This document shows positions 59,801 to 64,000 of a DNA stretch of 64,000 nt, in pieces. The stretch comes from a virus: the IMG/VR virus record IMGVR_UViG_3300026183_000827. One strand, 5' to 3'. The notes beneath the pieces are model-generated. The model was not told the DNA's origin. It saw only the letters and a list, made by a program, of their open reading frames with translations, and made no database searches. Within the stretch, counting starts at the first letter, position 1. Each line of letters begins with the position of its first letter. Made by a program: the position numbers and the translations under genes.

Positions 59801-62800
59801 ATTTAAATTAGTAGTATCATCAAGACGTACTTCTCTGAGTTTAGAAACTGCAAATGATTGTTCTAAGAAACCTGAAATATCATTTTCTATCGGAACTTTT
59901 ATTTTTGCAATATTTAAATTAATATCTACAATTTTATAAAACCCATTAAGTTCGAATTCTTGTGCTCCGCGAATTGCAATTAAATCGCCAATAGACAGCG
60001 TATTATCTAGCCATTTGTCCATAGACAATTCATAAATTAATTCGCCGGCATCATTTAAAGTATTTGCTTCTGTAAGTTCTGTTACGTTTAAATTTGTGTC
60101 AATATGCTGATAAACAGTCCAGTTTTCATTTTCTTGATTTGTGAGATGTAAATAGCCGCCTAGTCTAAATACATTAACATTACCTAAAGCTAAATCATCT
60201 ATAGTGTAAGATTCAAAATCTATATCGTCTTCGCTAACATATCCAGAAGATTTTATGTATTCTTTACTTTGAGACAATACTGGAAAAACTGAACTAGTAT
60301 ATTCCTGTGGACGATCTAACAAATCTGAAGGTAACACTCTAAAGATATTATCAAATTGCTCTGCAGGAAGATTATCTACAAATTCTACAGGCTGCGGACT
60401 AGATATCATTTTCTTTTCTTCGAGGTTTAACTCAATTTGTTGAATACTTTCTGAAGAACCGTATATACCTGATCGTATAGCCCATTCTTCAAAATATTCT
60501 AAACTTTCCTCGCCAGACGCAGTTAAAGGAGCAAACAATTTTGAAAGACTGTTTTTTGTACCTTTTTCTTGGATATAGCCTTTATAGAACTTTAGTTGAC
60601 TTACATCGTCGACTATTAAATTACTTAGGTAATCTCTTTTTTGGAAGCCAATTAATCTAGATGCTAAATTGTGCAAAGATTGATCAAAACTAGAAGTATT
60701 TGTATCGTAAAAATCGTTAAATTGATTTATTCTATAATCAAAATTTGTTAATAAATCCGGTACTGGTTTTTCATTTAGTTTGTACCATTGATTATAATCT
60801 ACACTTGTTGATCCCTGTATATTTTCTTTAGCAACATAATAATATTCTTTAAATTTTATAAGATCACCAATTTTGTAATCTTTATAATTTTCAAAATCTT
60901 TAACTATAGCATTATCATACAAAAATCCTGGGATATTTAAGCCGCCATTCCAGTCTTCTGATCTATAACCATTAACTTTAATTCTTTGTTGTCTATAACC
61001 AGAAGCTGGGTGATAAATTACATCATTAAATATTGTTGTGTTAGATAGAACAACAACATGTTCTTTTTGTACAATAGGTAAAGATGCTCCATATAATCCA
61101 AAGTCTGTATCTTTTATTTCTAATCCAAAACTATTATCTTCTCTTACTACACTGTTAAAGTTTCTATCAAGTGTTTGACCATTACTTGAAACAATACTAG
61201 TATTATAAAAAGAATCAAATACATCATCTACAACTGAATAATTTGATTTAAAGAATAGTTTATTTGCAGCAGGACTTAAACTAATAATTGTTCCATTAGC
61301 CCATCCTTGTGTAGTCCAGAACATAAATTCTTTTGTTACAGATACCCAATCATTTACTGTTTCGTCAGTTACGTCATCAAAAACAAATCCTTGAGTAGTT
61401 AAATAGTTTCCGTAACCAGTAAGAAAATCTACTACTTCTTGAATACTTGTAAGTATAGATCCGTATGGTAATTTTTCTACTTTATTGTTGTTAAAGTTTT
61501 TGTAAAACTCAGCTGTTCTACCTCCAATTGAAGGTAATGCAGGTAATTTAGCTAGGAAATCTGTTTCAAATATTCCTCCGCTTGTAAAATCTTGTGTTGC
61601 TCTATAATAAGTGTTTAGATGAAAAACTACCTGTCCCTTTTTGTATGGAGTTTGTTCGCTCCATTCTGAAAATTGTTCACTTATTCCGCCAACCGATAAA
61701 ATATAACTTGTCGATCCTACTAAAGGTTTATAGTATTGAAAAAATGGTATTTTTGGATTATAACCCGTCACCTTAAATCCTGCAGGTGTTTTTTCAATAA
61801 CTACACCACTATATACAAAGTTGTCTATAGGAGAACTTACATTATAAACTAAATTATAATTTTCTTGTGGTACAAAAATGCCTGTGGATCCTTTGTCCTG
61901 ATTAGGAGACTTGCTTTCAAGAATAAGATTTAATTTTTGTTTATCACTAAATCCTCCTAATCTAAATGATAAATTTGTTTCTAATGCAGTAACTTCATTT
62001 TGATAATCGCTATATACTGTTAATATATCACTTGCTAAAAGATTGTAAATGTAATTTACAAGTCCACAAGTTGTATTTCTAATATTATCTGCATATGTAT
62101 TTGGAAATACAATGTCTTTATTTCTAAAGAATGTGCCTGAATCTTTATATGTGTTTTGCCCTGCAAGGTTCTTTGTAAATCTTGATAAATCAAATCCTTT
62201 TGCTATTGTCTCTGCTGGATTAATTAGTAGCATAGACTTTAATAATGCAAAAGGATAATCGGAACTTTTCCTCCAAGCAGTTTCTATTGGAGAATAATCG
62301 CCAAATGCATAAGATTTAGAAGCATATCTTTGAACAAATCCTTTAACATAATTTATGTTTACTGGCGGTAATAGTTTACCTGTTTGATCTACTGGTATAA
62401 AAGATCTTAGATTTGGACGTTTGAATCTTTCGTCAATTCTACTATTATTAGGATCTGCTATTCTGCCATTTTCTAAATCTTCCCATAGTACTAGGTTGTT
62501 ACTTGTATATGGTGCAGGACCGTAAACATCGTTCCACCATGTAGGTTTATTTCTAAATCCTAACATTTCCCACGGATTTGTGTGAGGACGATCTGTATCA
62601 AATGCTTGATTATAAATCCCTCTCCAGAAACCTGGCAAAGCTTTGCCATCTGGATTATTAGATTCACTATAATTAAATGTAAACCCATTATTTCTATCAT
62701 AAAATGAGTTTGAAGAATAATCTGCTGCAATGTTGGCTTGCCATCTAGTAAAATCTGTCAACAATAAGTTATTTTGTTTTTCTAAAGTATTTTGATATCC

Positions 62801-64000
62801 TCTAAAATCGCCACCTGTAAAATTAAAAATATCAAACTCATTGTCGTCATATGAAATTTTAATATTACTAAAAATTCTTTTCTCAAATTCAATAATTAAA
62901 CTGTCTCTAAAATCTTTGTAACATGCAACTTGACTTCCGTCATGTCCTCTAATAAATGCAACACCGATTGGGTATTCATCATAATCTTCTGGATTAGAAT
63001 CTTTAGAGTAGTTAGCATTAGTTTCAGGCAAATAAAATTTTGTATTTAATCCCTTAAACCACACTGCCTGAGAAGCACCATTTCCTCCATTGTTACTGTC
63101 TGCTGTTTCAGCAGCATTTTTTGATGTATATACTGGATAGGTCCATCCGAACGAATTTTTTAATTGGCCTACTTCTACTTCTCCGTATATTTTAAAAGGA
63201 CCTGAAATTGTTAAAGATGTTTCATCTATACCGGTGTCATCTATAAAGACTTCTGGATACCAAGATGGATACAATCCTAATTTACTAGGTGTAGGAGCAA
63301 TAAAACTTCCATCTGTATTATTATATTCGTATATTTCAATTGTGTCGCCGTTTTCTTTTGCTGCAATGATCTCTATAAAGCCATCTTCATTAAAATTATA
63401 GTCTCTACCATGTACAAGTATTTTGTTATTAAGATAAACAGTGATTGCTTTTTCTGACAATGTTGACATTGAAAATGCAGTTGTTAAAGGAAATAAATTT
63501 ATTTCTTTGTCAATCACATTATATTCTATTCTATTTGCATCGCCATAAGCAAGCATATCGCTAAAATAAAACGGTTGAGAATCTGCTTTGTCTTTGTTTA
63601 TTTCTTTTAATATTTTGTCTACGTGAGCTTTGGGAGTACCGTCAAATCCTAATGAACTTGCAGTATCTACAAGTATTTTTTTTGCTTTGTTGTATTCTAA
63701 TGTTGAATATTCAACAGCTTTTATCAAATTGTATTTTTTATTTGTTAAATGGTAAATTGCATTAGCCAAACCTGCTTCGTGTTTAACAAATCTTTTGCCA
63801 AACTGACTTATATTACCTAAATCTCTAAGATTGCTTGTACCAGGATATGTACCTGTAAATGATTGAAGATCTTCAATCATGCTATCTACATGATCATAAA
63901 CTTCGCCTAATGTAAATTGATTAATATCTTCATTAAGTGGATTTCTTTCTAAAGAAATAGGTAATTCATAATATCCGTTTTGATTTTTATCAGCCGAGCT
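50885..64000 (-). CDS. Giant virion structural protein (baseplate-wedge-like), 5'-truncated, >4371 aa
   Basis: Frame stays open from the track's Met at 63880 to the window edge; contains FG-GAP-like propeller motifs, CBM-like W/Y..G.VV.Y repeats and PG.GY...P repeats. Confidence 0.8.
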   Translation of the reverse strand, partial: SSADKNQNGYYELPISLERNPLNEDINQFTLGEVYDHVDSMIEDLQSFTGTYPGTSNLRDLGNISQFGKRFVKHEAGLANAIYHLTNKKYNLIKAVEYSTLEYNKAKKILVDTASSLGFDGTPKAHVDKILKEINKDKADSQPFYFSDMLAYGDANRIEYNVIDKEINLFPLTTAFSMSTLSEKAITVYLNNKILVHGRDYNFNEDGFIEIIAAKENGDTIEIYEYNNTDGSFIAPTPSKLGLYPSWYPEVFIDDTGIDETSLTISGPFKIYGEVEVGQLKNSFGWTYPVYTSKNAAETADSNNGGNGASQAVWFKGLNTKFYLPETNANYSKDSNPEDYDEYPIGVAFIRGHDGSQVACYKDFRDSLIIEFEKRIFSNIKISYDDNEFDIFNFTGGDFRGYQNTLEKQNNLLLTDFTRWQANIAADYSSNSFYDRNNGFTFNYSESNNPDGKALPGFWRGIYNQAFDTDRPHTNPWEMLGFRNKPTWWNDVYGPAPYTSNNLVLWEDLENGRIADPNNSRIDERFKRPNLRSFIPVDQTGKLLPPVNINYVKGFVQRYASKSYAFGDYSPIETAWRKSSDYPFALLKSMLLINPAETIAKGFDLSRFTKNLAGQNTYKDSGTFFRNKDIVFPNTYADNIRNTTCGLVNYIYNLLASDILTVYSDYQNEVTALETNLSFRLGGFSDKQKLNLILESKSPNQDKGSTGIFVPQENYNLVYNVSSPIDNFVYSGVVIEKTPAGFKVTGYNPKIPFFQYYKPLVGSTSYILSVGGISEQFSEWSEQTPYKKGQVVFHLNTYYRATQDFTSGGIFETDFLAKLPALPSIGGRTAEFYKNFNNNKVEKLPYGSILTSIQEVVDFLTGYGNYLTTQGFVFDDVTDETVNDWVSVTKEFMFWTTQGWANGTIISLSPAANKLFFKSNYSVVDDVFDSFYNTSIVSSNGQTLDRNFNSVVREDNSFGLEIKDTDFGLYGASLPIVQKEHVVVLSNTTIFNDVIYHPASGYRQQRIKVNGYRSEDWNGGLNIPGFLYDNAIVKDFENYKDYKIGDLIKFKEYYYVAKENIQGSTSVDYNQWYKLNEKPVPDLLTNFDYRINQFNDFYDTNTSSFDQSLHNLASRLIGFQKRDYLSNLIVDDVSQLKFYKGYIQEKGTKNSLSKLFAPLTASGEESLEYFEEWAIRSGIYGSSESIQQIELNLEEKKMISSPQPVEFVDNLPAEQFDNIFRVLPSDLLDRPQEYTSSVFPVLSQSKEYIKSSGYVSEDDIDFESYTIDDLALGNVNVFRLGGYLHLTNQENENWTVYQHIDTNLNVTELTEANTLNDAGELIYELSMDKWLDNTLSIGDLIAIRGAQEFELNGFYKIVDINLNIAKIKVPIENDISGFLEQSFAVSKLREVRLDDTTNLNDIVNEKLYNEQKVWIDNYDNTNNWAVLKNNSVYSYLETYNNPSDWDSTIQNFTGVMTVTDDNNNLFVSASGDETGKIYVYRRSKENANLILQQVIDFTETKNSYQDSFENFGSSIDVSEDGEYLAIGIPNMSGIKTKFLGNFDPTVEYSKHDIVKFRESFWKANTTVNPEVGTQTFSTFDSYINLVSSDTSDSTSLQLLVAGKFGLPTNGIDHLLVRAPLDMYLATKGRIDGASGDKVNLSWNQRSYAYPTLDNYLPFDDQIPEITKEFITQEHEIVEKIDAIVYIDTFVSLPEVGDTIESDTGSGEVFYVASYRDSAVLYLKNINGIFNVTDEIFVQSTGNFIGFYTQESTYSTSPDIGGFWYIETGFEYANNGRYLDIGRGLVYADVRPAENDDADRPFVYYNIQDTVGNIGEFVLEKNRVSYISNLSYDGDSGPELSNLWVVRVGKSFQDYLTSISAFDSQGSADNKTLQFTFFDSENTGINLESTGFELDQMNGSQQIYDIWDGYIDFEFTEFDFLGNPYEPVVGDIIEDVQIPRDGSGGLALTSTSTSTAEVVFYKKQFNSVRVYLKVLSGSWNQLNNIGRFQVRRKANEDARGPGDVDRVMGTIDDPNNDIVLGTNLVGDLLVFQKDTPFDVVSTPEIFDGEYYFYDETIEGGISIPASPPYNLNKNWTQVYNIPADERGTSSGLDNEGAVVIYRRQPNAVYEFDYMLTSQYKFANRQFGDEVKIRKQGNTYVLLVGSKGDLDPTTRSDPGSIEIFVTGPETTDVFKKDYQATSYNEGDVVIYKDKYYRANKDTDDSSQLNILDPIVWTNISWRYGVDDNYRGEWDNSFPYEINSIVLKDNSFYVAKTNIATGTEFSDTYWEVTDNNFDYLGYLPNLTNNAFFNEDVFDPATNIIEFSENFDVSKNGEVLVVTVKLESTDSTSNKRLAIYRKENNKYKLYQTISAPISGYDLKDHDLDKFLKDGDGWIYTDSEGNIVTSETGSRTQNLDATPDLYIDRTNWAQSVVIKPDGRQIAVSVPSDDSRKYGQGAVLIYTQVNGEFELSQTIYSPADEVAENFGYQIAFTNENLAVTSLNGDQTIPTTFDNQSTTFDLEFTAFRNIKIDSGVIYVYENLNNSYTYSEKFRFDNATVEFGKRLLAKDNHVYVGMPFYNSNDSKGMFVDYRKPKTKLAWNLYKEIVNPVNLDLIEGAFVYNKTTNRIVSYIDYIDPIQGKIAGPAEQEITFKTQTDPAFYNVGTTSDREYDPNQTWFDEHVGQVWWNISTARFKYPYQGNIFEQKNNWSVLTEGASINVYEWIESDYLPSQWSNLADTEEGIKLGISGQSLYGDTKYSTKLIYDEVSQIFSTKYYYWVESKRTVPDIENRNLSIFEIVNLIERPRENGYRYISFLGADRIVLNNFENILSGDDLVLNIKYKPQATKDSNLHKEFKLIADGDANSKLDVDIERKWFDSLIGFDTNNRPVPDIKLPETQKYGILNMPRQSMFVNRIEALKQTIERINIIFKDLLIVDDYNTARLFETDLAPTLISSKYDLSVDTVEELQYVSTNNLSPAKLIPIISNGELVRVEIESPGRGYKTVPTININGSGVDAEIKLQINNLGSVISAEVTNTGKNYTNQTTISVRRFSVLVNADSTAKNLWSIYGYNEIDKTWFRTSTQGYDVPKYWNYIDWYAPGYNQFTKINYEIDESYELQELEPEFNSIIKIKSIGSSGWLLLKRIGTTDNEDYTVDYETIGRENGTIQFTSNLYNIQQSTVGYDNRSFDSTLYDTNPAKELRIIFEALRDDIFINELAVEYNQLFLSSLRYVVAEQPLLDWAFKTSFIKINHKLGELDQPATFKKDSLEYFENYVKEVKPYKTNIREFVASYDKTDPTNSVVTDFDAAPFYNTTTNQIETIKTTVFDGALLQVDNILQEYPRKYFADNLGAELSEIKIKNPGSGYIFPPKVIIEDSSNSGATAEAFIGYGKVTAIKVRNPGGRFITPPKITLEGAQTEDGTPATAFAILGKSLVRTPSIKVKFDRVSGEYFIEDLAVSETFTASGVDTIFDLKWPIDVRKNKIKVFVDDQEMLKSTYQVSNREIIDQYTKNKGRLTFNNAPTGNSVIRIEYYKPLEFLEAADRIKFAYNPTDNMFGKELNQLMTGIDYGGVEVKSFDFGGPSGWDSQPWFTDAWDVYENTFEDEVFVSDGSTIAVELRAPLEEGIVYNLYKNGVRIDDPNYGTEDQTNAYAIVNSITGDGTTTIIETSNLGINLNDGDIFIVRKITSDGSITPDLASYDTALEGGDLAYTTAAGINAEEIITDGDLFVSTSRAKTEELVPGSMFDTLDIKVYTKESGNQGLIICNNIETDITGTFTYNFGLLPGSKDSILVKYDGNVLSKDQYTIDWPNKQLSLEVESNKQLSIILQEQSTSTSVMYSDEITVEETEQYDFVIDYTWDDSLSLSVTVNGELQNITVFDYSTEVAGDNRTAFRLENAATQGQIINYTIFSNNETVDFSQVLTDEFTANGITQTYALSSAPFYSLPTEHNIIVRVDQNILNSGYSRNFTIPESNQREYQLELFQQPAGSLSAEGLKVFLNGEEIFTPEQWRLDIANSSVILGDEYGLPGDNIEIYNISESEYSISGNEVILKDLPGVNSKVYVYQFSNHNLKDIEKIQYDVVKRETLINDEETNTYNRLTAGEILLRKPALDAQYVWITKNSELLIPSVDYYVTDNRTKIQLVEVPAANDVIEVIHFAAEISQDGFSYRQFKDILNRTHFKRLDASTAKLAQPLNYYDLRIEVDNGIDLPVPDKGKNMPGIIFINGERIEYFVKEDNTLRQIRRGTLGTGVPTVHNLGTKVYNQNIEKTVPYKDQNLVANITADGIVSTFNIGYNIESINEIEVFAAGKRLRKNSISVFDPTIDIDSPNGDITIEAEFSVDVDNNSITLLNTPTENSRITIIKKQGQSWTKEEETLGDAQNSIARFLRAGTYEHPE

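Noticed and set aside
42120-61776. Many plus-strand ORFs of 60-155 aa antisense to the structural genes (and similar shadow ORFs elsewhere)
   Set aside because: They lie opposite long, motif-bearing genes, lack SD signals and have the composition expected of antisense shadows.
63878-63880. ATG 63880 as the start of the giant protein
   Set aside because: The frame is open upstream to the window edge and no SD is present; the true start lies outside the window.
1-64000. CRISPR arrays, tRNA/rRNA genes, integrases, transposases, inteins, introns
   Set aside because: None recognised by eye; intergenic gaps are mostly under about 120 nt and no regular repeat-spacer pattern was seen. tRNAscan/Infernal were not run.
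1-64000. Stop-codon reassignment
   Set aside because: Long ORFs tile the window in the standard code, and TAA, TGA and TAG all end genes at overlaps with the next start.

Overview
AT-rich, densely coding 64 kb segment of a large (jumbo-type, T4-superfamily-like) tailed phage genome that reads cleanly in the standard genetic code. The left arm (+ strand, 1-10115) carries a QueE-like radical SAM gene, a T4-type RNase H/5'-3' exonuclease, several hypothetical proteins, a MoxR-type AAA+ ATPase with a HExxH/VWA partner, and an isolated tail-fibre-like gene. The right arm (- strand, 40566-64000) holds virion genes: a >4371-aa baseplate-like protein running off the window, three tail-fibre paralogues, and two structural proteins that share an inserted DUF4214-like domain. 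Between them lies a ~30 kb, almost gap-free biosynthetic island (10175-40495). It encodes 7 radical SAM enzymes (most with N-terminal or split SPASM/twitch domains), 2 QueC-like PP-loop proteins each preceded by a paralogous unknown His-motif protein, about 6 glycosyltransferase-like proteins, a UDP-sugar dehydrogenase, a DegT aminotransferase, a NeuD/PglD-type acetyltransferase, an SGNH protein, a methyltransferase-like protein, an amidinotransferase, a PLP enzyme, 5 2OG-Fe(II)/cupin oxygenases, 2 tandem desaturases, a di-iron ferritin-like protein and a GNAT-like protein. This island is the best candidate for an undescribed system (virion or host-surface glycan tailoring, DNA hypermodification, or a small-molecule product). 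Regulatory signals include consensus sigma70 promoters, a recurring ATAAATA late-promoter-like motif, and two hairpins that would hide ribosome-binding sites in read-through transcripts. All family calls come from motif recognition by eye; no database searches were run.
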